Assembly (NCBI GenBank): GCA_043806975.1
Contig: JAZDGL010000069.1
Location: forward strand, 1-61,656
Length of the DNA: 61,656 nt
DNA from: a bacterium
GTDB taxonomy: Bacteria > Patescibacteriota > Minisyncoccia > CAYZDR01
Direction: 5' to 3'
In this document: piece after piece, positions 44,130-53,487 of the stretch
Numbering within the stretch: the first letter of the stretch is position 1
Layout of the letters: each line of letters begins with the position of its first letter
Program-made: the position numbers and the translations under genes
Notes under the pieces: model-generated
Databases searched by the model: none
The model's input: the letters and a program-made list of their open reading frames with translations, nothing else
What the model was told of the DNA's origin: nothing

Positions 44130-45080
44130 ATGGAAACTATAATTAAACCTGAAGTAGTCAAAATATCCGAGGAAAAACATACGGCTGTTTTTGAAATCAA
44201 GCCTTGTTATCCTGGATATGGTTTGACTTTGGGTAATGCGCTAAGGAGAGTTTTGCTTTCCAGCTTACCAGGCGTTGCCATAACAAGCGTAAGGATTAAA
44301 GGCGTGAATCATGAGTTTTCTACAATTCCTTATGTTTTGGAAGACATTGTCCAGTTTATTCTTAATTTAAAGCAAATTAGGATTAAAATGGATTCTGCGG
44401 AAGATTCTGTTCAGGCGGAGTTAAAAGTTTCTGGTGAAAAAGAGGTTAAAGCGGGCGATATTGAAACAACATCTGGCGTAGAAATTATCAATAAAAATCT
44501 TCACTTAGCAACTTTAACAGATAAAAAGGCAAGCTTGGAGATGATTTTAACTATTCAAAAAGGGATTGGGTATATTCCAGTGGAAAAAAACGAAGAGGGC
44601 GCTATTCCAATTGGCTCAATTGCTTTGGACGCAATTTTTTCTCCTGTTGTTAAAGTAAATTACGATGTAGAAGATATGCGCGTGGGGCAAATGACTAATT
44701 ACAATAAAATCAAGATGGAAATTGAAACCGATGGGACGGTTGAACCTGATTATGCTTTAACCCAGTCAGTTAAAATCTTACTTGAACAATTTCAGTCTCT
44801 TTTGGGTGAGAATATTCAAGAAGAAAGCGCTCCTGTAAAAGAAAAATCTGCAGAAGAAGATATTGATGAATATAATGAAACCCCTGGCGCGCTAAAAGTT
44901 TCCGAGTTGAATATCCCTAAAAAACTTTTAAATATATTAGAAGAAAATAATATCAAGACCGTTAATAAATTAGCGAGCAAGTCCAAGGAAAACATTTCTA
45001 GCTTGGCTGGAATTGGCGCAAAAGGGCTTGATGACATCAACAAAGCGCTTAACGATCTCGGGCTATCTTTAAAGGAATAA
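44130..45080 (+). CDS. rpoA: DNA-directed RNA polymerase subunit alpha
   Basis: GYGLTLGNALRRVLLSSLPG, with a C-terminal helix-hairpin-helix domain (VSELNIPKKLLNILEENNIKTVNKL). ATG at 44130 with a GGGAG SD. Confidence 0.93.
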   Translation: METIIKPEVVKISEEKHTAVFEIKPCYPGYGLTLGNALRRVLLSSLPGVAITSVRIKGVNHEFSTIPYVLEDIVQFILNLKQIRIKMDSAEDSVQAELKVSGEKEVKAGDIETTSGVEIINKNLHLATLTDKKASLEMILTIQKGIGYIPVEKNEEGAIPIGSIALDAIFSPVVKVNYDVEDMRVGQMTNYNKIKMEIETDGTVEPDYALTQSVKILLEQFQSLLGENIQEESAPVKEKSAEEDIDEYNETPGALKVSELNIPKKLLNILEENNIKTVNKLASKSKENISSLAGIGAKGLDDINKALNDLGLSLKE

Positions 45081-45082
45081 TT

Positions 45083-45427
45083 ATGAAGCATCAAAAAGCA
45101 GGAAGAAAATTTGCAAGAAAAACGGGACCAAGAAAAGCTTTAATTAAAGGCTTGGCTTCCTCTTTGATTGAGTATGAAGCGATCGTTACCACAAAGGCAA
45201 AAGCGAAAGAAACATCTCCTTATGTTGAAAGATTGATAAATATCGCGAAAAAGGCAGATTTGCCTGCAATCAGAAGAGCAAATGCCGATTTAAATAAAAA
45301 AGCGGCTTTGAAGATTATAAAAATTTCTTCCCGATTTAAAGATAGAAACGGCGGATATACAAGAATAATTAGTTTGGGGCAAAGAAAAACTGATGGGGCG
45401 GAAATGGCAAAACTAGAATTAGTATAA
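45083..45427 (+). CDS. rplQ: 50S ribosomal protein L17
   Basis: MKHQKAGRKFARKTGPRKALIKGLASSLIEYEAIVTT...GGYTRII. Confidence 0.95.
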   Translation: MKHQKAGRKFARKTGPRKALIKGLASSLIEYEAIVTTKAKAKETSPYVERLINIAKKADLPAIRRANADLNKKAALKIIKISSRFKDRNGGYTRIISLGQRKTDGAEMAKLELV

Positions 45428-45440
45428 GTAAGAAATAATT

Positions 45441-45836
45441 ATGAAAACTATTGTTCAGCGAAAATGGCATATTTTAGACGCAAAGGATAAAATCCTTGGA
45501 AGAACGGCCGAACGGGCTGCGGTAATTTTGCGCGGTAAAAATAAAGTAAATTTTACATATCACCAAGATTTAGGAGATTATGTTGTTGTTATCAATGCGG
45601 AAAAAGCTAAATTTTCTGGGAAAAAGATTACTAATGAATTTTATAGAAAACATTCAGGCTATTTAGGCGGACTAAAAGAAATGCCAAAAATTGTATATTT
45701 TGAAAAATTCCCAGAAAAAGTGATTCGTTCTGCTGTAAAAGGTATGCTTCCTAAAAATAGGTTGTCTAACCAAATAATTAGGAGGTTGCAAGTGTTTAAG
45801 GGAGAAGAGCATCCTTATAAAGATAAAATTGTTTAA
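45441..45836 (+). CDS. rplM: 50S ribosomal protein L13
   Basis: KWHILDAKDKILGRTAERAAVILRGKNK...GMLPKNRL. Confidence 0.95.
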   Translation: MKTIVQRKWHILDAKDKILGRTAERAAVILRGKNKVNFTYHQDLGDYVVVINAEKAKFSGKKITNEFYRKHSGYLGGLKEMPKIVYFEKFPEKVIRSAVKGMLPKNRLSNQIIRRLQVFKGEEHPYKDKIV

Positions 45837-45841
45837 ATATT

Positions 45842-46297
45842 ATGATTACTAAAAAAACCCAAACAATTGAGAATTTAGATATGAATAAAGCAGGAAGGTA
45901 TGTTTATGGTCTTGGCAGAAGAAAAACCGCTATAGCAACAGTTAGGTTGTATTTTGACTGCGCAAAAGAGCTTAAAGGAACAACTGTTGTTAATCAAAAG
46001 CCAATTAGCGAATATTTTTCAGTTTCCGAATTTTTATCAAATATAGGCAAACCTTTTGAAATTGTTGGAATGAATAAGGGCGATATGTTTATTTCAATTC
46101 AAGTTAAAGGCGGAGGAAAAGGCGCTCAATCAGAGGCTGCCCGCCTTGCAATTGCAAGAGCGCTGGTTGATAAGAATGAAAATTTAAAGCCTGTTTTGAG
46201 GGCAAGCGATCTTTTAACTCGCGATCCAAGAATAAGAGAGAGGAAGAAACCTGGTTTAAAGCGCGCTCGCAAGGCTTCGCAATGGGTAAAGAGATAA
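45842..46297 (+). CDS. rpsI: 30S ribosomal protein S9
   Basis: GRRKTAIATVRL...VKGGGKGAQSEAARLAIARAL...LTRDPRIRERKKPGLKRARKASQW. Confidence 0.95.
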   Translation: MITKKTQTIENLDMNKAGRYVYGLGRRKTAIATVRLYFDCAKELKGTTVVNQKPISEYFSVSEFLSNIGKPFEIVGMNKGDMFISIQVKGGGKGAQSEAARLAIARALVDKNENLKPVLRASDLLTRDPRIRERKKPGLKRARKASQWVKR

Positions 46298-46320
46298 AAC
46301 GGAGCTTTAATAAGATTTTT

Positions 46321-46348
46321 AAAAAACGAACCGAAAGGTTCGTTTTTT
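46321..46348 (+). terminator. rho-independent terminator of the ribosomal protein operon
   Basis: AAAAAACGAACC-gaaa-GGTTCGTTTTTT, a perfect stem with a T-run. Confidence 0.85.
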
Positions 46349-46369
46349 GATGGATCGTTTGGTTGATGG

Positions 46370-46503
46370 GTGTGTTGCTGAATAGCTGAAGCGTCATCCT
46401 GAACAAAGCGGAGCGGAGTGAAGGATCCCGCATTTAAGTTAAAAAAAAGTGATTTCTCGCTCTTTCGTCGCTCAGAATGATGTAAAAAATTATTCGGCAA
46501 CAC
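46370..46503. repeat. palindromic composite of two inverted GTCATCCTGA(A/G)C...GAAGGATC-type units (family 3)
   Basis: The outer inverted repeat GTGTTGCTGAATAG / TTATTCGGCAACAC brackets GTCATCCTGAACAAAGCGGAGCGGAGTGAAGGATC and its imperfect reverse complement. It lies between convergent genes. Confidence 0.7.
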
Positions 46504-46508
46504 GCTCC

Positions 46509-47936
46509 TTATTCTAAATTCCAGTCAATTTTCCACAGTTTTCCTTCGCTGGCGAAATATGAAATGGGATAATTTTGAAAAATTTCTTGGTTGATCCAAA
46601 AGTTTTCAATAGAATCTTTGAGCGGAGCGATAGTATTCCTGCCGTTGTAATAAATTAGCTCCGTGATGTAAAAATTCCCATCTTCTAATAAATATGCGAT
46701 ATGATGACCGTTAAACCACATCGCTTTTTTGATTTGTTTTTCAGCGCGAACAATCAGCTCATTTTTGGGGGCGGAAGAGTTTTTAATTTTGCTAATATCT
46801 AGAAAATCTATTGTGTGGTTGCTGTGAATTAGCATTTTATTTTTTTCAAAAATATCTACACTTTTTGCGTCTTCGTGAATTTTAATAAGCCCATTTTTGT
46901 TATCCACAAGGTATAAAATGTTGTCTTCAAATAGTAAAAATCTTTCATCGGTTAAAGCTGAAATTCTGTAATTTTTTTCAGGAGAAAATTCCGGCGAAGC
47001 TGTTTTTGTGAATTGGGTTTTTAGTTCGGAAGAATTAAAATTTTCAAAAGGGGCAGACCACGGATCTAAAACGGAGTAAACAAGCCCATTTTGTCGGTTA
47101 ATATAGTAAATTTTATTTTCATAAAAAGTAAAATCAATGGCATCTAAATTTAAAGAAGAAAATTTTCCGTTTTCTAAATTTAGCAAATTTATAATTCCAT
47201 TTTGGTTTAAAACCGCCAAAATCTGGTTGTTTTCGTTGTGCCAGGCTATCTTTTTAAGATTTTCTTTACTGATCTCATAGGCGAAGCGAACCTGCTTTTC
47301 TTTTTGAATCCATACTGATATTCCTGATTTTCCATTGTCTAAAAGGCTCCAAAAAGCAAAATTTTCTTGGTTCGCAGACCATTCTATCGCGTTTTCGTTT
47401 ATTTCTATTAGTTTTAGGCTGTTGTCAACTCTTGAAACAATTGAAATTTCGTTTATACTTAAATTGATTGCTCCCAATTGTTTTTCGGTTTCTTGCGGGG
47501 ATATAGCTAGACCGAATTTTTTATTTGGAGAAAGAATAATAGTTGCGGAAGAAAAATTTTGAGAATTTTCAAAAATAGTTTCAGGAAGCGGGTTAAGCGG
47601 CAAAAGAAGGATGTCGTCAGCGGCTGTTAGGTAGTAATCTTTAACAAGAAGAGTTTTTTCCCAGTTTGTAAAATTCTCTTTTTCCACTTTTATTTTATAT
47701 TCTCCTGTTTGCAAATTGTTCAAATAGGCGGGTGTCCGTTCTCCGCGAAGGCTATTATTTACATAAATAAGCGATTGTTCAGGGATGCTTTTAAGCCTGA
47801 TCGCGCCTGTGGAAATAATTTTTTTGTTATTAAAATCAAAATAATAACCTAATGAGTAGGCTAGAATTATTGGGCAAAAGATTATAAAAATCAGGAAACA
47901 AACGATAAATAAAGTTTTTCTAGCTGGATAGTTCAT
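46509..47936 (-). CDS. PEGA-domain membrane-anchored protein
   Basis: N-terminal TM segment and a PEGA motif region (LIYVNNSLRGERTPAYLNNLQTGEYKIKVEKENF). The ATG at 47936 is preferred to the TTG at 47981 because TTGACT-17-CATAAT lies at 47972-47944. Confidence 0.7.
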   Translation of the reverse strand: MNYPARKTLFIVCFLIFIIFCPIILAYSLGYYFDFNNKKIISTGAIRLKSIPEQSLIYVNNSLRGERTPAYLNNLQTGEYKIKVEKENFTNWEKTLLVKDYYLTAADDILLLPLNPLPETIFENSQNFSSATIILSPNKKFGLAISPQETEKQLGAINLSINEISIVSRVDNSLKLIEINENAIEWSANQENFAFWSLLDNGKSGISVWIQKEKQVRFAYEISKENLKKIAWHNENNQILAVLNQNGIINLLNLENGKFSSLNLDAIDFTFYENKIYYINRQNGLVYSVLDPWSAPFENFNSSELKTQFTKTASPEFSPEKNYRISALTDERFLLFEDNILYLVDNKNGLIKIHEDAKSVDIFEKNKMLIHSNHTIDFLDISKIKNSSAPKNELIVRAEKQIKKAMWFNGHHIAYLLEDGNFYITELIYYNGRNTIAPLKDSIENFWINQEIFQNYPISYFASEGKLWKIDWNLE

Positions 47937-47943
47937 TTGTTTT

Positions 47944-47972
47944 ATTATGCTGTATTTTTGTAATTTAGTCAA
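47944..47972 (-). promoter_or_regulatory. sigma-70-type promoter for the PEGA gene
   Basis: On the minus strand: TTGACT, 17-nt spacer, CATAAT, then 7 nt to the ATG. Confidence 0.5.
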
Positions 47973-47987
47973 TAAAAACAAAATTTT

Positions 47988-48998
47988 ATGTCAAAAAAAA
48001 TTGCAGTTGATTTAGGAACGACAAATACCCTTGTTTATGTCCCTAAAAAGGGGATTGTGATTAACGAGCCTTCTGTTGTGGCGGTTTCCTTGTTGGATAA
48101 CAGCGTTATAGCGGTAGGGAGCGAGGCGAAGGAGATGCTAGGCAGGACTCCTGACGCGATCAAGGCATCTTGCCCACTAAAAGAGGGTGTAATAGCAGAT
48201 TATAAGGTTACAGAGGCTATGTTGAGGTATTTTATCAACAAGATTTGCGGGAAAATTCGTTTATCTCGTCCAGAAGTGCTTGTATCTGTGCCGGCGGGAA
48301 TAACTTCCACTGAAAGGCGGGCTGTACTTGAAGCGGCTAGGCAGGCAGGCGCAAAACAAGCATATATAATAAAAGAACCTGTTGCTGCGGCGCTGGGGGC
48401 AGGGATCCCTATAAATGCTCCTTCGGGTAATTTAATTGTGGATATTGGGGGCGGAACAAGCGAAGTGGCAGTTATTTCTCTTGGGGGCATCGTTGCAAGC
48501 GCGTCGGCGAGAGTAGGCGGGAACAGGCTGGATCAGTCAATAATTGAAATGATTAAGAAAAAGCATGGCTTGGCGATTGGCGAAAGAACTGCCGAAGAAA
48601 TAAAAATTGCCATAGGAAGCGCAGTTGCTCAGGAAAATGAGGAAGTTTTGGAAATAAGAGGCAGGGATTTAGCATCGGGGTTGCCGAAAACCGTGGAGGT
48701 TTCTTCTGATGATGTGACGGAGGCATTTCAAGATAATCTTAAAGAAATTTTAAGAACGATTAAACTGGTTTTGCGGGAAACCCCCCCCGAGCTTTCTGCT
48801 GATGTGATTGACAAGGGGTTGATTATTTCTGGCGGAGGCGCGCTTTTGAAAAACATTGACAGCCTCATATCTTCTTATACGGGTGTTCCCTGTTATGTTG
48901 CCAGCGAACCTTTGCTTTGTGTTGCCAAAGGAGCGGGGATGGTGTTGGAGAATCTAGATAATTTTAAGAAGAGTATATTAGCGGGAGCGAGAGGATAA
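47988..48998 (+). CDS. mreB: MreB-family actin homolog, paralog 1 (not linked to mreCD)
   Basis: IAVDLGTTNTLVYVPKKGIVINEPSVVAV, IVDIGGGTSEVAVISLGG, ISGGGALLKNID. Confidence 0.9.
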   Translation: MSKKIAVDLGTTNTLVYVPKKGIVINEPSVVAVSLLDNSVIAVGSEAKEMLGRTPDAIKASCPLKEGVIADYKVTEAMLRYFINKICGKIRLSRPEVLVSVPAGITSTERRAVLEAARQAGAKQAYIIKEPVAAALGAGIPINAPSGNLIVDIGGGTSEVAVISLGGIVASASARVGGNRLDQSIIEMIKKKHGLAIGERTAEEIKIAIGSAVAQENEEVLEIRGRDLASGLPKTVEVSSDDVTEAFQDNLKEILRTIKLVLRETPPELSADVIDKGLIISGGGALLKNIDSLISSYTGVPCYVASEPLLCVAKGAGMVLENLDNFKKSILAGARG

Positions 48999-49023
48999 TA
49001 AAGTTTTCGCAAGACAAAAAAAT

Positions 49024-50154
49024 ATGAAAATTGCTATTGTTCACGATTATTTAACTCAATATGGCGGAGCAGAGCGGGTTTTTAAGGCTATCCACGAACT
49101 TTTTCCAGAGGCATCTGTCTTTACTTTTATATACGATAAAAAGGCTGTGGAAAAGTTTATTCCGTTAAAAGATGTCCACACTACTTTTTTGAGCAGGCTT
49201 CCCCGTTTTTTAAGGAATAGGAGAAGGTATTTTTTGCCATTTTTTCCTGTTTGCGCGGAGAGGTTTAATTTAAGAGATTTTGATGTAGTAATTTCTTCCA
49301 GCAGCGCTTTCGCCAATGGAATAGTTGTGAAGCCGAAAACTTTGCACATTTCTTACTGTCATTCGCCAATGCGTTTTGTGTGGGATTGGCATAGTGAGTA
49401 TAAAAAAGAGCAAAGGAAGGGGTTTTTTACTAACATTGCTATTGATTTTATGTCTAATTATTTAAGAATTTGGGATTTTTTGTCTGCCCAAAGAGTGGAT
49501 TATTTTATAGCTAATTCACAAAATGTGGCAGATAGAATTAAAAAATACTATCGCAGGGAAAGCAAAGTCATCCATCCATTTTTTGAGCATTCGCATTGCC
49601 TTAAAAATAATTGCGGCGGGGATATTCGGGAACCGCTGCCTGAAAGTTATTTCTTAATAATTTCACAGCTTGCTCCTTATAAAAAGATTGATCTTGCGGT
49701 GGAAGCGTTTAACAAGTTGGAATTGCCCTTGATTATTATAGGAGATGGAAAAGAAAAAAAACGGTTAAAAAAAATGGCAAATCCGAATATAAAATTATTG
49801 GGGTTTGTCCCAGAGGAGGAAAAATGGCAAATTTTAGCTAAATGCCAAGCGCTTATTTTTCCTGGTGAAGATGATTTTGGGATTACGATGGCGGAAGCGA
49901 TTTCTGTTGGCAAGCCTGTTTTGGCTTTTTCTCGCGGAAGCGCCCGAGAGATTATTCAAGAAGGGATATCAGGGGAATTTTTTGATGACTTTTCTGTTGA
50001 ATGTTTGGCAGAAGCTGTGAAGCGAATTAGAGAAAAATTAGGCGCATACGATGCGGAAAAAATCAAAAAAACCGCAGAAAAATTTTCTAAAAAAAGGTTT
50101 AAGGAAGAATTTATGGATTTTTTTATGCGCGCGACATCAAAACATAAGCCATAA
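49024..50154 (+). CDS. glycosyltransferase family 4 (GT-B)
   Basis: MKIAIVHDYLTQYGGAERV N-terminus and the E-x7-E region PGEDDFGITMAEAISVGKPVLA. Confidence 0.8.
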   Translation: MKIAIVHDYLTQYGGAERVFKAIHELFPEASVFTFIYDKKAVEKFIPLKDVHTTFLSRLPRFLRNRRRYFLPFFPVCAERFNLRDFDVVISSSSAFANGIVVKPKTLHISYCHSPMRFVWDWHSEYKKEQRKGFFTNIAIDFMSNYLRIWDFLSAQRVDYFIANSQNVADRIKKYYRRESKVIHPFFEHSHCLKNNCGGDIREPLPESYFLIISQLAPYKKIDLAVEAFNKLELPLIIIGDGKEKKRLKKMANPNIKLLGFVPEEEKWQILAKCQALIFPGEDDFGITMAEAISVGKPVLAFSRGSAREIIQEGISGEFFDDFSVECLAEAVKRIREKLGAYDAEKIKKTAEKFSKKRFKEEFMDFFMRATSKHKP

Positions 50155-50166
50155 TTTATATAATTT

Positions 50167-50976
50167 ATGAATTTTTACGGAAATCAAAAGGCGAAACAAA
50201 CATTGCTGTCTCTTATAGAAAAAAACTCCTCGCACAGTTATTTGCTTTATGGACCGAGCGGTCTTGGCAAACGGACATTGGCGAAGGAAATGGCGAAAAT
50301 AATTTTAAAAAGCGAACAAGCGGAGTTCCATTCGGATTTAATTCTTTTTGACGGGTCGGAAGATGCGGGGATTGAGACAATTAGGCAGGTAAGAAAAAGG
50401 GTTTCCTTATCTTCGCAATTTGGCGGGTTTAAAGTTGTTTTGGGGTTTAACATTGATAAAATGAGTGAAGAATCTTTAAATGCTTTGTTGAAAAGCTTGG
50501 AGGAGCCGAATGAAGGCGTGGTGTTTATTTTAACTGCTTCGTCTGCCATTTTAAAAACGATTGAATCTAGGTGTTTTTTAATAAAATTATTTCCAATTTC
50601 AACAGAGCGGATGGAGTCTTTTCAAAAAGAAGCGCTGTTTTGTGTTGAGAAAGGCTTGCTTGCATTAGGAAAGCCGGGCATCGCGCTTAAAAAAATGCAG
50701 CAAACGGAGAAAATAAATTTGCAAGTGATGTGTTCTATGGATATTAACGATAGATTCGCGTTAGCGGAGAAAATTTGTAAATCTATGGAAAAAATATTTT
50801 TTTTGTTGTATAATTGGATAGGAGAGGCAAGAATTGCCTTAAAAGAAGCGCGCACGCGAAAAGAAATGTCTTTTGCAGCGCAAACACTAAAAGAATTATT
50901 AGATTGCTATGGCTTAATCGGGCAGTCGGGGGCTAATACAAGGTTGATTTTAGAAAATTTATTTTTAAAAGTATAG
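50167..50976 (+). CDS. holB: DNA polymerase III subunit delta-prime
   Basis: SYLLYGPSGLGKRTLA (degenerate Walker A), NALLKSLEEP, and the SRC motif IESRC. Confidence 0.75.
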   Translation: MNFYGNQKAKQTLLSLIEKNSSHSYLLYGPSGLGKRTLAKEMAKIILKSEQAEFHSDLILFDGSEDAGIETIRQVRKRVSLSSQFGGFKVVLGFNIDKMSEESLNALLKSLEEPNEGVVFILTASSAILKTIESRCFLIKLFPISTERMESFQKEALFCVEKGLLALGKPGIALKKMQQTEKINLQVMCSMDINDRFALAEKICKSMEKIFFLLYNWIGEARIALKEARTRKEMSFAAQTLKELLDCYGLIGQSGANTRLILENLFLKV

Positions 50977-51129
50977 AGGAATTACGCGTTTGGCGCATTT
51001 CTTCGTCAAATACTGCGGTGTTTGCTCGCCGTACCATTAAGTACGCCTTTCCCCTCCTTTCGGAGGAGGGGTTAGGGGAGGTGCGGGCTCCTCGCATTTT
51101 CCTTGAACTGCACTCAAACGCGTAAGTCC
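50977..51129 (+). repeat. family-2 GC-rich structured repeat, copy 2
   Basis: AGGAATTACGCGTTTG...CAAACGCGTAAGTCCT terminal inverted repeat, with central CGTAC-CATTAA-GTACG and CCCCTCCTTTCGGAGGAGGGG hairpins. Confidence 0.85.
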
Positions 51130-51165
51130 TAAAATATAGGAATTAAATAAAATAAGGAGAAAAAT

Positions 51166-51708
51166 ATGCAACAACAGCTATTAAGCGAATTATCACAAGA
51201 ATTTTCCAAAGTTTTGGAACATTTTAAGAAAGAATTAGCAGGAATAAGAACAGGGAGAGCGCATTCTTCTTTGGTGGAAGATATACTAGTTGAAAGTTAT
51301 GGGTCTAAAATGCCCTTAAAACAGCTTGCGTCTATTTCTATTCCTGAATCTAGATCAATTACAATTTCTCCGTGGGATAAGAGCGTTTTAAAAGAAGCGC
51401 AAAAAGCGATAGAGATGGTTTTGGGGGTATCGGCGCAAAACGATGGAAGTGTTATTAGAGTAAATCTTCCCTTGATGACAGAGGAAAGAAGAAAAGATTT
51501 AATTAAAGTTGTTGGGAAGAAATTAGAAGAAGCGAGGGTTGCTATGCGCGGCGCTAGGCACGGGATTATTGATAAATTGGAAGAATCGGGAATCGGGGAC
51601 GAGGAGGTTGAAGCGGCGAAGAAAAAAGTTCAGGACGAAGTGGATAAGTTTAACAAGCAATCTGATGAGATTGCGAAAAACAAAGAAGAAGAAATAATGA
51701 AAGTGTAG
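51166..51708 (+). CDS. frr: ribosome recycling factor
   Basis: ELAGIRTGRAHSSLVEDILVESYGSKMPLKQLASISIPESRSITISPWDKS. Confidence 0.95.
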   Translation: MQQQLLSELSQEFSKVLEHFKKELAGIRTGRAHSSLVEDILVESYGSKMPLKQLASISIPESRSITISPWDKSVLKEAQKAIEMVLGVSAQNDGSVIRVNLPLMTEERRKDLIKVVGKKLEEARVAMRGARHGIIDKLEESGIGDEEVEAAKKKVQDEVDKFNKQSDEIAKNKEEEIMKV

Positions 51709-51750
51709 AGAATAATTAGTCAATTAAAATAAATTTTTGGATATATTTTT

Positions 51751-52851
51751 ATGTCTATATTTACAATTTTAATTATTATTTTTGGTTTTAGCTTTTTAAT
51801 TATTGCTCACGAGCTGGGACATTTTTTAGCTGCTAAATGGTCGGGGATGAAGGTGGAGGAATTTGGGATAGGATTTCCGCCTAATATCTTTTCTTGGAAG
51901 CCGAAAAAAAGCGAAACCGCTTATTCTATAAATTGGATTCCTTTTGGCGGTTTTGTAAGGATTAAAGGAGAGGATGAAATTTTAGATTCGGGGCAAAAGC
52001 CTGATTCGGACAGTTTTAAAGCAAAACCAATTTGGAAAAGAATGTTTGTAACGGTTGCAGGGGTAGTGATGAATATTTTCGTAGCTGTAATAATTTTAAG
52101 TTTTGTAGCGGCATTAGGAATTCCGTCGGGGATAGATGATTCAAACGAAAACGCGATTAACCCTCAGGTGCAGATAGTTTCTGTTGGAGAAGGAACGCCG
52201 GCGGAAAGCGCAGGCTTGCAAGCGGGCGACATAATTGAAAAAATCAATTTTGGAGGGGATGCTAAAAATGTGAGCAAAGTTCAGGAAATTATTGATATAG
52301 CCAATAATTTTAAAGAGAAAGAGATTATTTTCACAATAAACAGGGAAGGATCGCAGCAAGAAATTGCGCTTACGCCAAGAGCGGATCACCCAGAAGAAGA
52401 GGGTCCGATAGGGATTGGCTTGGCGAGAATTGGTTTAGTAAGAGTTGCTTGGTATAAAGCTCCCGTAGAAAGCGTGAAGCTTGTATGGGATATTGCAAAA
52501 ACGATGCTTTCTTTTCTTGGCGATATGCTGGCGCGGATTTTTACGAAAGGACAAGTTCCTCAGGATATTGTCGGGCCAGTGGGAATTGTAGCGCTTTCTG
52601 GCAAAATTGTGAAAATGGGGTGGGTGTATGTTGGCTGGCTATTCGCGCTTATAAGCATCAACTTATTTCTAATTAACTTATTGCCCATTCCCGCGCTAGA
52701 CGGCGGTCGGTTGCTATTTTTAGCGATTGAAAAAGTAAAAGGGTCTCCAATAAGCGAAAAATTGGAGCAAAAACTTCATTTTTACGGGTTTGTATTTTTG
52801 ATCGCGCTGATGATTTTAATAACGATTAGGGATGTAAGCAGGCTATTTTAA
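51751..52851 (+). CDS. rseP: RIP metalloprotease RseP (site-2 protease, M50)
   Basis: HELGHFLAAK, a PDZ region (GTPAESAGLQAGDII), NLLPIPALDGG. Confidence 0.9.
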   Translation: MSIFTILIIIFGFSFLIIAHELGHFLAAKWSGMKVEEFGIGFPPNIFSWKPKKSETAYSINWIPFGGFVRIKGEDEILDSGQKPDSDSFKAKPIWKRMFVTVAGVVMNIFVAVIILSFVAALGIPSGIDDSNENAINPQVQIVSVGEGTPAESAGLQAGDIIEKINFGGDAKNVSKVQEIIDIANNFKEKEIIFTINREGSQQEIALTPRADHPEEEGPIGIGLARIGLVRVAWYKAPVESVKLVWDIAKTMLSFLGDMLARIFTKGQVPQDIVGPVGIVALSGKIVKMGWVYVGWLFALISINLFLINLLPIPALDGGRLLFLAIEKVKGSPISEKLEQKLHFYGFVFLIALMILITIRDVSRLF

Positions 52852-52853
52852 TT

Positions 52854-53393
52854 ATGGGAACAAATAAATTTCGCCAATTGAATAATTATGCTTATATAGA
52901 TGCTGCAAATTTGCATAACGGAGTTTTTAGTTTTGGGTGGAAGCTTGATTATGCCCGATTTAGAGTTTGGCTAACTGAAAAATTTCAAGTTAAGGTTGCA
53001 TATATTTTTATAGGATTGATTCCAAAATATAAGTATTTATATAAGTATCTTCAAGAATGTGGTTTTACCTTAATATTCAAGGAAGTTGTTTATAATAACG
53101 ATGGAAAAGCAAAAGGGAATTGTGATGCTGATTTAGTTCTACAAGCGGTATGCGATACCTATGAAAATAAATTTAAACAGGCGATTATTGTTTCAAGTGA
53201 TGGTGATTATGCAGGTTTAGTAAACTTTCTTAAAAATCGCAAAAAATTAAGAGTAATTTTATCTCCGCACGATAAAAACAAATGTTCTATTTTACTTAAA
53301 AGAACGAACTCTTCTATAACATATTTGAGTGATGTTCGTAGATTTTTTGAGCTTAAAAAAGAAAAAGCCCCCGATGCGGACAAAACCGCATAG
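52854..53393 (+). CDS. NYN/LabA-like domain protein
   Basis: AYIDAANL...GNCDADLVLQAV...IVSSDGDYAGLV, an acidic residue pattern typical of NYN (PIN-like) domains. Confidence 0.65.
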   Translation: MGTNKFRQLNNYAYIDAANLHNGVFSFGWKLDYARFRVWLTEKFQVKVAYIFIGLIPKYKYLYKYLQECGFTLIFKEVVYNNDGKAKGNCDADLVLQAVCDTYENKFKQAIIVSSDGDYAGLVNFLKNRKKLRVILSPHDKNKCSILLKRTNSSITYLSDVRRFFELKKEKAPDADKTA

Positions 53394-53403
53394 GGGTCTT
53401 TTT
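53369..53403 (+). terminator. rho-independent terminator overlapping the NYN gene stop
   Basis: CCCCGATGCGG-acaaaa-CCGCATAGGGG (one mismatch) followed by TCTTTTT. Confidence 0.7.
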
Positions 53404-53487
53404 CGTAGGTATTACTTATATAATATCAGATAATGATAATATGTCAATGTGGTTAAGTTTTGGCTTTAACAAAGTAAAATTATTTTT

